Assembly (NCBI GenBank): GCA_964016885.1
Contig: OZ024740.1
Span: 1,178,001 to 1,242,000 of the forward strand
Length of the DNA stretch: 64,000 nucleotides
Origin: Eledone cirrhosa
Taxonomy: Eukaryota
Direction: 5' to 3'
A program made the translations under genes and the position numbers. This document shows positions 1 to 13,660 of the stretch, piece by piece. Within the stretch, counting starts at the first letter, position 1, and every line of letters starts with the position of its first letter. A model generated the notes under the pieces. It had not been told where the DNA came from and searched no databases. It saw nothing but the letters and a program-made list of their open reading frames with translations.

Positions 1-223
1 GTGAGAGCTGGGTACTTTTTTGCCGTGGCACCTCCACGACCACTTTGCAGTGGAATAATATGGACCCCAGTCCCTATCATCTCATTTCTACAGCTGAGTA
101 AACTGGAGCAATGTGAAATAAAGTGTCTTGCTCAAGGAAACAACACATCACCCAGTCTGAGAATTGAACTCACAACCTTTCGATTGCCAGGCCAATGTTC
201 TAACCACTAAGCCATGTGCCTCC
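1..223 (-). mobile_element. tRNA-derived SINE (V/Meta-like core), 3' part beyond the window edge
   Basis: Minus strand reads GGAGGCACATGGCTTAGTGG (A box) ... GAGTTCAATTC (B box), then core CCTTGAGCAAGACACTT...TTGCTCCAGT; near-identical to 5549-5770. Confidence 0.85.
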
Positions 224-648
224 ATATACATATACATACACATACATATACATACACATATATAAATACATACATATATATATACATATACATACATACA
301 CATATACATACATATATATATACATATACATACATACACACACATATATACACAGACATACATATATACATATACATACATACACACATATACATACATA
401 TATACATATACACACATACACACACATACATATACATACATATACACATACATAATTATACACATACATATATATATATATACATACACACACATATATA
501 TACATACACACACATATGCATACATACATATACACTTACATACACATACATATACATACATACACAGATATACACTCATATTTACATATATATACATACA
601 TATACATACATACACACACATACATACATATATATATATACATACATA
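224..648. repeat. (TA/CA/TACA)n compound microsatellite
   Basis: Direct inspection. Confidence 0.95.
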
Positions 649-650
649 AA

Positions 651-959
651 GACAAATCCACCTCATGGACGAAAATGCAAGGGCTCCTCTTTGTTTCGGC
701 CGCGGATGGCTAACATAACCCCATCCCCGCTCCCCACCGCTCGCACCCTCCAAACGCAATCCAAAACTTCAGAGTTGGTACCATGAATGTAGGCACCTTA
801 AAGGGTGGCTTTAACAAGGTTGTAGAAATGCTTGAACGTAAGGAGGTCGATGTTTGTTGTATTCAAGAGACCAGGTGGAGGGGTGGGTCTGCTAGATTCA
901 TCGTGGGTAAAGAACGATGCTATAAGCTTTTCTGGGTGGGAAATGACAATGGACTGGGT
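651..959 (+). mobile_element. RTE-clade LINE 5' end with N-terminus of the APE endonuclease, truncated
   Basis: MNVGTLKG...VDVCCIQETRWRG..YKLFWVG (AP-endonuclease N-terminal motifs); 651-720 matches 6678-6748. Confidence 0.85.
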
Positions 960-1191
960 ATACACATACCACCCCACCACCCCACCGCAAAGTGGTCGTG
1001 GAGGCGCCACGGCAAAAAAGCACCCAGCCCACACTGTAAAGCTGACGTGGAGGTGCCACGGAAAAGAAAAGCACCCAGCACTCACTGCAAACTGGGTTGG
1101 CGTCAGGAAGGGCACCCAGCTGCAGAAACCAATCCAGAATCAGCTCCCATCCCACCCTTGCAAGCATAGAAAAGCGGACGTATGATGAAGT

Positions 1192-1195
<4 letters not shown>
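960..1195 (+). mobile_element. SINE 3' tail (RTE-derived)
   Basis: Reverse complement of the tail at 5445-5600; ends CCCTTGCAAGCATAGAAAAGCGGACGTATGATGA. Confidence 0.7.
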
Positions 1196-1232
<37 letters not shown>

Positions 1233-2270
1233 TATATATATACACATACATATGTACACATATACACATACATATATGTACATATATATACATATATGTA
1301 CATATATGTATATATATATATATGTACATATATATATGTACATAAATATACATATATATATGTACATATATATACATATATATAACCATCTTTTGTTCTT
1401 ATATATTATGTATACTCCAGTCCTACAAACTGTAGAGTGCTTCTTATCCGATATCTGCATTGCTTTATTGTACTACAATAAAACTCACCTCCTACATTAT
1501 ATATACACATATATATATACACACATATATATCAGTGTACATATATATATCAGTGTATATATATATATATATATAAATGAATATTTATTCAATTTAAAGC
1601 GCCAATTATCTATATATAACAAGATATGAATTTTTCTAGGGATGGGGAAATTTTCAGTTTGTTTTTATATTTTCACTTCCTTTTTTACTTTCTATTTAAT
1701 ACAGTGTTTGATCCAATATAATCCTGACAGTATTTGAACCAGTTTACCTCATATATATGTATGCACACACAACACTCAAGTTTCGCCATCTACTGCCATT
1801 TCATTCATATGTATTGTTTAATTAATTCTGGTCTAATTCATCAACTATTGTTAATTATATTATTACGTAGATTTCTTATAAAATCTAGTGCATATATACG
1901 TGTATATATACAGGGAGACACTGTAATAGATGTAAAGAGAGTGAGAGATAGAGTTATAGAAGTAAAGAGAGGGAGAGAAATAAGCGGTAGATAGAGTAAT
2001 AGATGTAAAGAGAGGGTTAGAACGTTCAACTTGACAGTCAAACCAATGTTCAGCATGGTAGCCAGTACATATGCCAACTACCCAACCGGCCAGCCAGCCG
2101 TATTTGCGGTTGACTGGCCAGTTGGGCGGTTGGTATATGGAACGTTCAACTACGCAGTCAGTACCAAAGTTCAACATTATAGCCAGTGCATATGCCGATC
2201 GCCGCGGCCTCTTTGCTCTTTTTCAATGACCTGGAACTAAGTAAAAAGAGTAGGAGATAACTCGACAAGA

Positions 2271-2355
2271 GCGGAGAGGGTGAGATTCGAACCATTTAAA
2301 GGCTTTGGCTCCTGAAGTTCGTAAGCGGGGCTGCTACTGACTGAGCAATGCCGGC
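2271..2355 (-). mobile_element. tRNA-like / Pol III head (SINE fragment or tRNA pseudogene)
   Basis: Minus strand GCCGGCATTGCTCAGTCAGTAG ... GGTTCGAATCTCACC with A-box-like and B-box motifs; no clean cloverleaf. Confidence 0.45.
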
Positions 2356-3400
2356 AGCAAGGCAAATCGCGCATAAAATAACGGTTATATCGACAAAATG
2401 AAACAAAAATTTCCATATTGCACTCTTGTTCTTTTATTTTATGTAAACATTTCGCTGCTCTAGCCTCTTATTTCCTATTAGATTACACTTAATTCCATTA
2501 AACATTCATTCTTAGTCTCGTGGTAAACTATTTCATCTATATTTATATCGCTGTTACAGCCTTTTATTTCTACATCTTTCACCTATAGCCACAGTTACGC
2601 CGGTAGTATAAGTAGCTTTATAACAAGAAACGATGATATAACTCCACAAAATATGTTCTTGAGCAAGACACTTCACTTCATATTGCTCCAGTACACCTAG
2701 TTACACATAGACAGATACATACATACACATATATATGTACACAGATAGAAATAAGAGGTAGATGTAAAGAGAGGGAGATAGAGTAAAAGATGTAAAGAGA
2801 GTGGGAGAAGGACGAGTTAGATAGTGTAAAAGATTTAAAGAGAGGGTGAGAGTGTGACACACATTTATCTGTCTATCTCTCTCTATTTTAACACCGGTCG
2901 TTATAATTAGTTTTATAACACCGCTATATTACCGACATGAAAGAGGTAAATAATTATTTCTTAAATGTATAGAACATGTTTCTCTTGTCTTCTTTAATGT
3001 ATAGAACATGTTTCTTATTTATATTCTTAACATAGCTAGGACCTTATCTCATTTACTGGTCTCTACTTTTAGGACTTTGCTGGTCCCATGTGCCCTCCAC
3101 CAAGACACACTCGTCCCTTCTCTTAGTCCCCGTACTAATTACTACACATACGTATATATATTTATTTTAAGAAACCTTAATGACAAATATTATAAAGTGT
3201 TTGTAAAGTGGGGAAGAGTAGTTTTACGGTGGGGTTGTTATATAGATATCGTTTTTGTAGTGGGGTTGTGACTGGCGTATAATAATGAGTCACGGTTGAT
3301 GTATATACAAATCATATTTTGGATATAAGTGAAGTTATTTAAGAGATTTAGTTGTTTTGTATATATTCCAGTTGTTGTCTCCCTGTTTCTTCTACAAAAA

Positions 3401-4822
3401 CTATAACGGTACGCGATGGGGCCCACCCACAGCCCCAGCGGACAGAATGGAGAAGGCATTTCCCCGGAGCACGGCAAGGGAGACGCGCTGGAAAAGCCAC
3501 TCCAACTCGCGGGGCTCACACCTGCGGCTGGCCAGCTCAGCGCCTATGGTAGTGAGTAAGGAGGTAGCCCTGGGGCCGAGGACACCAGAAGTCTCCACTT
3601 CCAGGGGTACGACCGCAAACCTGTCGGAGAGCGACCGATATGTGAGGAGTTTGGCCCCCTCAGACTGACGTGCAGCAGAACCTGGGCCAGTCGCAGACTG
3701 CACCAGGTTGCGGCTGCAGAAAGTGTCGGTGCAAGTGGCATCCCAGACGAGGGGTTTGCCACCGCGGAACGGGAAGATGGTCATGCCATCTGGCCTTTTG
3801 CCGTCCCCTCGAGCTGGGAAGGGAAGCCTGCAGCGTCCAAGCCATTCTTAATGACTTCGTTGAGGGCAGCATGGCGTGGATTGTGGCTGGCACTGTGGCG
3901 ACAGGAAAGCGGGTGGAGGCCGAAAGAGTCCATGGTGGAACCGCAGCGACATTGGTGTGAGGCCGAGCCTCAGGGAAACGCCGATGCGCAAGCTATGGTT
4001 GTCTAGCTGCGTGCCAGTGGAGAAGGAGGGCAGGGAATGGACCGCACGTCCAAGACGGAGACTGCAAAGCTTGCAGCATCGAGGCTGACATTCACCACCT
4101 CCGACTTGGCTGAGTTGACCTGGAGGTCGATTCCCGCCAGGGCAGGAACCACCGATTGAAGGTCATGGCAGACCGTCTGTACGGGCCCACCCAAAGTAGC
4201 ATCATCCAGATACCAAATGTTGAGAGGGGCATTTATACTCCGGTTGATGTGATCAATACCAAGGGTGAACAGGAGGGGTCCCAAAGGGTTGCCCTGTTGG
4301 ATCCCAGTAGCTGAGGGTATGACCGTATCAGCAGCAAGGCGCATGCACGGTGCTCCATATGACAAGTAGGCAGAGGGGGCTCGGCTGAGGCAGGCCTCGA
4401 GCAGATGATCCCAGCGTAAAGAGTTGAAGGCATTCCTCATGTCAAACTTGACAATGAGGTGGCTGGAGTCCCTGGATGCCGGTTCCGAGTGTTACGGACT
4501 TGCAGATCACCTTGGCAGCCAGCCTCCGGAAGACATTGCCCACAGCAATGGGATGTATGCCACCCTCTTTCTTCCTGAGAGCGGTGAGGCTGGCCGAAAA
4601 AAAGAGGCCTCGAGCATAAGAGACCAGGGCGCCATGGATGAGCCTATTGGTGAGCGCCACAATTGCACTCAGAAGGCGGCGCCCAGCCTCAGCGGAGAGG
4701 GGAGATATCAACTCCTTGAGGAGGCCTGGTCAGAGACCATCAACATCTCCGCAGCTGCTAGCTGGGAAGGACCTGATGGCGGACATGATGTCTGCATCAG
4801 AAGCCACAAGGAGCAAGTGTGA
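3401..4822 (-). mobile_element. CRE-clade non-LTR retrotransposon (RT + Zn knuckle + restriction-like endonuclease), internally deleted and frameshifted
   Basis: KKEGGIHPIAVGNVFRRLAAK, DMRNAFNSL, GIQQGNPLGPLLF, WYLDD; CRCG..D.FGLHPLSC...RH; KRPDG...LVWDAT...VETSG...QRVSLAVLRGNA; much more GC-rich than the flanks. Confidence 0.85.
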
Positions 4823-4989
4823 ATTACAATACAAAACCTCTGAGAATGATTTCTAAGATATTTCCCCATAATTAATTTTCATCAATATATATTAATATTA
4901 TTATTGTTTATTAGGTCAGGTGGATTGGCCAGAACAATTCTACTCTTCTTTTTTAGATGTCACGATTTTTCATGGCATTCCTGAGATCA

Positions 4990-5195
4990 TTAATCTCCAG
5001 CTGGAGATCCAGAGACATCTGATGTATGTAGGTGAACCTCAGTCATCCCACTTTTAGTCATACCATGTTTAGGTATCCACCACAGGAGCCAGCTCATCAG
5101 GTCACCCTACCCTCAGCAGCAATGTCCAGCATCTATTGACTTCCGCTCCCTAGTTATTGTGGTAATCTTCGATATCTGGGAATATATTTCTTCTG
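4990..5195 (-). mobile_element. RTE-like LINE C-terminal fragment
   Basis: Degenerate translation ...AGHC...LLWWIPKHG...FTYI, similar to RTE ORF ends. Confidence 0.5.
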
Positions 5196-5279
5196 CTTAA
5201 GGGAGTAATAAATATATAGTTTAAAAAAAAACATATATATACACACACATATATATATGTTGACATTTATACGAGTTCT

Positions 5280-5415
5280 CTATCAAAAGCCTTCTCTATG
5301 TCCAAAGCTAAGTATAGTGGCTTATTTTTCTCTAAGAACCTCGCTTGTAGTTGTCTCACTAAGAAGAGGGCATCTGTTGTACTTTTCAGAGGCACAAAAC
5401 CAAACTGCATCTCAT
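5280..5415 (-). mobile_element. RTE RT fragment
   Basis: EMQFGFVP...TTDAL motif; matches 17625-17755. Confidence 0.75.
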
Positions 5416-5444
5416 ACACATACATACATATACATACATACATA

Positions 5445-5770
5445 CATCATCATCATCATTTCGTTTTAAGTCCGCTTTTTCCCTGCTTGCAAGGGTGGGA
5501 CGGGAACTGATTCTGGCTTGCCCTTCCTAACACCAACCTCATTTACAGTGAGTGCAGGGTGCTTTTTTGCCGTGGCACCTCCACGACCACTTTGCAGTGG
5601 AATGATATGGACCCCAGTCCCTATCATCTCATTTCTACAGCTGAGTAAACTGGAGCAATGTGAAATAAAGTGTCTTGCTCAAGGAAACAACACATCACCC
5701 GGTCTGAGAATTGAACTCACAACCTTTCGATTGCCAGACCAATGCTCTAACCACTAAGCCATGTGCCTCC
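5445..5770 (-). mobile_element. Near full-length tRNA-derived SINE with RTE-like 3' tail ending in (ATG)n
   Basis: A/B boxes, V/Meta-like core, tail similar to the RTE 3' UTR at 8955-9122. Confidence 0.85.
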
Positions 5771-6631
5771 ATATACATATACATACACATACATATACAT
5801 ACATACATACACACACATACATACATACACATATACATACACATATACATACACATATACATACACATATATACATATACATACACATACATACATATAT
5901 ATATATACATAATATACATATACATACATACACATATATATACATAATATACATATACATACATACACATACATAAGCATATACACATATACATAAGTAT
6001 ATATACATATACATACATACATACATACACACACATATATACACATACATACACATATATACACATACATACATATATACACATACATACATATATACAC
6101 ATACATACATATATACACATACATACATATATACACATACATATATACACATACATACATATATACACATGCATACATATATACACACACATATATACAT
6201 ATACACACATATATATATACATACACACATATATATATACATACACACATATATATACATACACACATATATATACATACACACATATACATACATACAC
6301 ACATATACATACATACACATATACATACACACATATATACATACACACATATACATACACACATATATACATACACATATATACATACATACATATACAT
6401 ATACACATATATACACATACATACACATACATACACATACATATATACATATACATACATATACATACATACATACACATACATGTATATACATACATAC
6501 ATACACATACATGCATATACATACATACATACACATACATGCATATACATACATACATACACATACATGCATATACATACATATGCACACATACATACAC
6601 ATACATGCATATACATACATACACACACATG

Positions 6632-6671
<40 letters not shown>

Positions 6672-6675
6672 CATA
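5771..6675. repeat. Compound TA/CA microsatellite
   Basis: Direct inspection. Confidence 0.95.
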
Positions 6676-6677
6676 AA

Positions 6678-9122
6678 GACAAATTCACCTCATGGACGAG
6701 AATGCAAGGGCTCCTCTTTGTTTCGGCCGCGGATGGCTAACATAACCAAGCATGACGGGATGGGGGAAGTAGAGAAGACTATCAAGTGGCCATGAGGGAA
6801 GCTAGGAGACAAGTGTACTTCGCAAGAAGGGAAGCAGAGGAAAGAAAGTTCAAGCATGTTCTACAACGCGAGGACCAAAAACGTGAGGTGTTCAGGATTG
6901 CTAGGCAATGTGTCAAGGAAAACCGTGATATTGTCGGGGAGAAGTGTGTCCTAAATGATGATGGTGTACTTGCCATCACTGACGCTAATAAGAAGGTAGC
7001 TTGGAAGTGTCACTACGAAAGGCTACTAATTGGGAGAAAGACAGTCTCCCCCACATCGAGCCAATAGAGGGACCAGCAGTGAAAGTTGAAGGTAGTATAA
7101 TAAGTAAGGCGATCAAAGACATGAAGACGGGCAAGGCGTCCGGGCCTTCGGAAATAGTTGCCGAAATGCTGAAAGCATCTGGAAGGGTGGGACACACTAT
7201 GGTCACCCGGATAGTAAACCAAGTCATACAGAATGGGGTCGTTCCGAAGGACTAGCGCAGCAACATCATCATTAACTGCTACAAGGGTAAAGGTGATGCC
7301 CTAGATAGGGGAAACTATAGAAGCATTAAATTAATTGACCAGGTCATGAAGGTCACAGAAAAAGTAATAGCGCAACTAATCAGTGAGCGAATTGATCTAG
7401 ACGAAATGCAGTTCGGGTTTGTGTCAGGCAAAAGTACCACAGACGCTCTTTTCATTGTACGACAACTACAGAAGTACCTAGCTAAAAGTAAACCCCTATA
7501 CTTAGCTTTTGTTGACTTGGAGAAAGCCTTTGACAGAGTACCCCGCTCGATTATCTGGTGAGCCCTTAGAAAACTAGGTGTTGATGAATGGCTTGTGAGA
7601 GCTATACAAGCCATGTATAAAGAAACAGTGAGCAAGGTTAGAATTAACAACGAATATAGTGAAGAGTTTAGCGTAAAAGTTGGTGTTCATCAGGGCTCTG
7701 TCCTTAGCCCTCTACTATTTATTATTGCCCTTCAGGCTATAACAGAGGAGTTCAAGACCGGCTGCCCATGGGAACTCCTATATGCAGATGATCTAACGCT
7801 CATAGCTGAATCAATGGCTGAACTAGAAAATAAATTCCAAACATGGAAGCATGGCCTAGAATCAAAAGCCTTAAAGTTAACTTGTCTAAGACTAAAGTTC
7901 TAGTTTGTAGGAAAGAAAATAGGGCACCGGTCCCATCTGGGAAATGGCCATGCTCAGTGTGTAGGAAAGGAGTAGGTAGAAACTCCATTTTATGTCCCAA
8001 ATGCAAAGTATGGCTACATAAAAGATGTAGTGGGATCACAGGTAAGCTAACTAAGAATATAGATTTTATATGTGGCCGGTGCTCTGGTGCAATAAGTAGC
8101 ACACAAGTGCCCACAGAATACTAACTCATTCCAATGCACAGATGGTTCTATAGAAATAGTGGACAGCTTCCGTTACTTGGGTGATAAAATCAGCAGTGGG
8201 GGAGGGTGCTCTGAAAGTACAGTAGCTAGAGTCAGAACGGGATGGAAAAAGTTAAGAGAGCTTATACCACTATTGGCCGTTAAAGGGTTCTCTCTAAAAA
8301 TGAAAGGCAGACTGTATGATGCCTGCATACGAACACCAATGTTACATGGCAGTGAGACCTAGGCATTGTGTGCAGAGGATATATGCAGACTGGAGAGAAA
8401 CGAAGCTTGCATGCTCCGCTGGATGTGTAATAGTAATATACGTGAACGGCAAAGCATAAACGAAATAAGGGAGAAATTAGAAATAAGAGGGATCAGATGT
8501 TTACTCGAGAGAAGACTATGTTGGTATGGTCACGTGATGCGCATGAAAGACGACAGCTGTATAAAAATGTGCAGGGCAATAAAAATAGACGGTAGCCACG
8601 AAGTAGGCAGACCCAGAAAAACCTGGGACGACTTGATAAATTCCGACCTCACACACTTACACCTCTCCAAGACAATGTCACTGGACCGAGATCTTTGGCG
8701 CTACACAGTAATAGAGAAGACCCGCCTTACCTAAGTGCAAAGTGAAACCTACTACAGTCAGTAGGCACCTCTAACAAAATACACCCCCGTCCCACTACCC
8801 CCACCCCATCCACACCACCCCTTTCAATGTAAAGTTATGTTGGTACCACAACATCCAGCCCGAAACAAATGAGGTCGTGTAGGTGTCACGACAAAAACAC
8901 ACACAGTCCACGCTGTAATGTGGGCGTGTAGGTAACACGGTAAAAACCTCCCAGTTCCACACTGTAAATGTGGTTGGTGTTAGGAAGGGCATCCAACCGT
9001 AGAAAACCCGCCAGACAGTCCTATGCGAGCAAGACAACCACTCTTGCCTCAAGTGGGAAAACTCCCGTCCAAACCCATGCGAGCGTGGAATATGGACGTT
9101 AAACGAAGATAATGATGATGAT
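6678..9122 (+). mobile_element. RTE-clade LINE; endonuclease deleted, RT pseudogenised, 3' UTR retained
   Basis: KASGPSEIVAEMLK, QFGF..GKSTTDA, FVDLEKAFDRVP, GVHQGSVLSPLLF, LLYADDL, WYGHVMR, GRPRKTW; in-frame stops and frameshifts; (GAT)n tail. Confidence 0.95.
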
Positions 9123-10278
9123 ACATATATACATATACATACATATATACACATACATACACATACACACACATACATACATATACATACACACACACAT
9201 ATACATACACACACACACATATATACATATACACACACATATACATATACACACACACACATATATACACATACACACACATACACACACATACATACAC
9301 ACATACATACATACATATACATTAGTATTCACACATACATATACATACCAGTACCCATACATATATATATATATCAGTATTTCGAGTACGGCCACTACAT
9401 TATATCCATGTAGGAGAACCCCTACCGATGCGCTGAACGAGTGTGACTTTAGTCCAGCCAGCGACTTGAAAACTCTTGTACAAACACTACACTTGTGATA
9501 ATTATATATCTATCTATCTACCTACATATCTATCAATTATATATCTATCTATCTACCTACATATCTATCAATTATATATCTATCTATCTACCTACATATC
9601 TATTTATGTATCTCAAAACCTTTTGCAACGTCTATCTTGAGATGTTACACACCCTATTCCGCCATATGATGCTTGTTTGCCAAGGGGAGATAATTACATG
9701 ATTGACTTTGACACGTGCGTACACACCAAACAAACTTAGACACACCCACATACAGCAATGGTAGACGAACGGCGCTGAATTTGATTTTCGGTGAAAACGT
9801 AACAAGTTGTGTTTCATTGTTTGAACAAACGGACCACTATTATTTCTTCTGGAAACTTTTTTTTATTTATTCTTACCCTCCTTTCTCGTCCATGGGAGCA
9901 AATAAGACATTTATTTTACAAGAGAGTCACTTCAGAAAATTACGCTATCAATATTGATACAGCACATAATAGTGATAACCATTTCAATGCAACAACTTAA
10001 ACAACAATAATATTAATGATATAAGGAAAAAGAGTTCAGAGGAAATTTAACAGAAGAAAGAAGAAATGAATTAAGAGAGGAAACTAGAATTTCTCAATGA
10101 AGCAAGACGAGGAAGACAAAGGTATGCTAAACATGTGTTTAATTAACATTACAAATTGTTCAGTTCTTTCAGAATGAAAATAAAAACACATAATACAATG
10201 TGTATAAAAATATCTCTATTTGATTTCTAGCTTCGAAAAACTGTCACAATTTATTTATGAAAATGCAAAGGAACGGTT

Positions 10279-10526
10279 GAACATCAGAGCAAAAGACAGC
10301 AGCGAGGGGTAAATTTTTCAGCCTGTGGGGAGTCGGGCCGCTGACTGCGAGGTTCCTCTCTTCACTGGCGGCTCGCCTAATAGAGGTAACTGGCGAGGGC
10401 GCTTGTTTCTTCCAGCACCTCAGCCTCGCCATCACTAGAGGTAACACTGCCAGTGTGCTGGCTTGCCTTAAAAATCATTAGAGAGGTTGCCCAGTACACC
10501 TGGCTGCTGTCTTTTGCTCTGGTGTT
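10279..10526. repeat. ~250-bp element bounded by 24-bp inverted repeats (MITE-like or hairpin)
   Basis: AACATCAGAGCAAAAGACAGCAGC vs GCTGCTGTCTTTTGCTCTGGTGTT (1 mismatch). Confidence 0.7.
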
Positions 10527-11559
10527 GGCTCCGTTTTCCACCCCTTCAATTTATACTGTTACTTAAGCATTTGTAGTGTTATGTATATATTTAAAACATA
10601 TTTATGTTATTCTACTGTAAATTTATTTATATTCTTTGTATATATCATATTTGTTTATATTTTCACTCCCATTTGTAACGTTATTTAATATATAATAATT
10701 GTTTCTACTTTTGGCACAAGGCCGGCAAATATTCAGTGTATTACTGGTACTTGATTTAATATATAATAACATTTCAAATTGTAAGATGTAAATAATTGTT
10801 CCAAATGTATTTAGTTGATAACAAACTATCAAATTTCTCTTTTATTCACAGTTGTATAAATAACATTAGAAATCGTTTGCAATTCTTTCAGAATTAAAAT
10901 ATAAACAGAGCATATAAATAAATTTACAGTAGAATAACATAACAAATATGTTTTAAATACAGTGATACCTTGAGATACGAGTGAACCGACATACGAGTTT
11001 TTTTTTAGATACGAGCTAGCGCGTGCCTGAGAGGGGTGCAGAATTAATTTCACCCGGTGAACCCCAACCAAAGTTACTCCCGTCGTTTATATCCGTAAAG
11101 TGACTAAAGATTAAAACAAATGTAATATATTTACGGTTAGGGTTGGGGCGATACTTGGTTTTAGTGTCCTAAATTATCATCGACATTCAGTTATTAGCTC
11201 CACCCACTACACGATACGCCACGACACGTCATCAGCTGCTGCTGCTTGATTTTTACATGTTAATTTTCTTACATGCTTCATTTTTACACGAAAAAACATT
11301 GAATTTTTCGAATAAATATTTATTAAAATATTAACAGAGAAAATTAGATTTTTGATTTAATTTAACAAAATAAATATATATTTACAGTTTTTCACAGAAA
11401 AAATATGCTTCATTTTTACATGAATATTTATTTACAGTTTTTAACAGAAAAAATATTGCTGCGAAATACATTTTTTTTTTTAACAGATTTACAGTTTTTA
11501 ACAACAGAAAAAAAAATTCTTTAAACAATATATTGTTGCGATATACAGTAAATTTTTTT

Positions 11560-12076
11560 TTACCTGTGCAATTGTATGCGTGATGTATGTAGTGAATGGG
11601 TTGAGCAAAATCTGGCGATACTCGGTGGTCTTGATTCTAACGGAATACGAATAACTGTACAAATTGAGGAGAGCAAATATTTTCATCGTAAATATGCTCG
11701 TGGGCTCTGGCATGAAGGACATTGTGTCATTGGCGCAATTGATACTAATAATTCCCGCAATATTTTTCTCCATGAAATCCCTGATCAGGCTGCTGAGACT
11801 GCTGCCTCTCATTGAAAGGCACTGTGCAAATGGATCTATGATCCATACAGATGAGTGGCGGGTATGCCAAATTTGCCTGGTCGTTATACACATCTCACTG
11901 TCAATCATTCAAAAAGCATTTCGTTGATCCCATATCAAGTACATACACGCAAAATATTGAGGGGGGTGTGGTCTGATGCCAACAAAAAACTAAAACGCAT
12001 CAATGATACCAGCCGACCAATATTTCAGTCGTATTTAAGGGAGTTTGAGTGGCAATGTCACGTATCCAACTGGTGA
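11560..12076 (+). mobile_element. Merlin/IS1016 (ISXO2-like) DDE transposase pseudogene
   Basis: TVQIEESKYFHRKYARG, VIGAID, GSMIHTDEWR, YTHLTVNHS, VHT..IEG.WS, FQSYLREFEW across frameshifts. Confidence 0.85.
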
Positions 12077-12200
12077 AGCTAAATGTTTCGAAAAAAATGT
12101 AGATGTTCTAATGCAGTTTATATATAATATCGTCTTTGTTTTAATGCGTAGTGGAACTACGTCGCACCTCGCAATACCAACATTTTCATACGCAATAATG

Positions 12201-13660
12201 TCAAACTGACCAATGGGAGGTTGCGTATGAATACATGGGCAATCTCACTCTCTTGTTAAAAACCCGAGACAGTCGTCGCGTGCCAGACAGATCGACACAG
12301 TTGACGCGTGAAGACGTATCTATAAAAATGGTGACCTGGCTGTAAAGAATACATCCTTCACACACATAAAAAAAATGTCGAGTTAACAATAACACAATAT
12401 TTTGTTTGCACATGGCATTTTTGTCCAATGTGGCGACTCACCTCCTATTTCTTCATCACTTATTCTCGCGCTTTTACTTTGGCCAACATAAGCGCACTCT
12501 TTACTGTTTCAAGGATACTACGGACTTAAAAAAAATATTTTTACATGCTTTGTTCGCAACTATTTTGTTAAAGTTTACGAACGTCTTTGATGTACACCTT
12601 GGCGACTATACACCTACACAGCTCTTACGCTGATAACATTTTGGAGTACTCCGGCAATTCGACCACTACTACGCCTTCACGACTTGCAACAAATGCTTCA
12701 CCTTTTCCTGTCGCATCAGTTTCGGCCAGCGCCACTTCGACAAACGAAGCAACACTAAAGGCCATCCTTGACCTTACGAAGGAGGTACAACTTCTTCGTT
12801 TATCCAGATCGAGATCTCCCCGACAACGGTCGCGGAATCGTTCGAATTATTCACGTCATCGTTTCTAACCTTCACCATCGCGAGCATGCTTTTACCATAA
12901 TCGTTTCGGAGCCTCTGCTCATAAATGTATCTCCAACGAAGTAACGGAGAATTAAGTACGACGTCTTCTCTGCAATTTAGTACTGAAAGTCGTGGATTTT
13001 TCATTACGGATTCCTTCTCGCACGCACGCTGCCTCATCGACACGGGTGCGTATTGCAGCATTTGGCCGTTAACACTCTTGGAAGAAAAACCTCCTCTCAC
13101 ACATATCACTACAAGCTATAAATCATTCAGCTATCCCTACGTATGGACAAATCTCTCGCTCTTTGGACCTGGATTTACGTAGAGATTTCTCATGGATTTT
13201 GACCATAGCTGATTAGGACTACCAGTTACCACCCTGCATCTAATGCTACTCAGGACTCTACACTATATGTGACCCGTTTGCGTGCGTATTTTCAAGTCCT
13301 GCCTCATATGAAAACTAGGCAACAAACCTTTAAATCTTCTGTTCCGAGGGACTTTCCTCGTGGACCCATGTTTTTGTCAGAAATGACGCAGTGAGAAGTC
13401 CTCTCACTCCACCTTATTCTGGACCCTATCGTGTACTTGCACGTAGAGATAAACATTTCACCTTTGACTTTAATGGACATAAAGACACACTCTATTGACA
13501 GACTAAAGCGGGCCTACACAGATGCTCTCACACCAGAGCCTCATACTCCCCTCTGCTACAATGTGTCAATACAAGCACCACCGCAAACACCACAATCACA
13601 TTCAAACACTCCTTTACTTTCAACATACATCAAACTGACCAATGGGAAGTTGCGTATGAC
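12201..13660 (+). mobile_element. Internally deleted Gypsy LTR retrotransposon (gag end, protease, integrase C-terminus)
   Basis: CFYHNRFGASAHKC knuckle, LIDTGAYCS protease, PPYSGPYRVL...SIDRLK GPY/F motif; 30-bp direct repeat at 12201-12230 and 13630-13659; RT and RNase H absent. Confidence 0.85.

Noticed and set aside
651-720. HDV-like ribozyme at the RTE 5' end (also 6678-6748)
   Set aside because: Partial pairings and a CTAA linker are present, but I could not build a consistent P2/P3/P1.1
2271-2355. Functional tRNA gene
   Set aside because: Acceptor and anticodon stems do not pair convincingly
11225-11240. Isolated CTGATGA matches on the minus strand (also ~5094, ~19124, ~46247)
   Set aside because: No matching GAAA or helices; most lie within TE coding sequence
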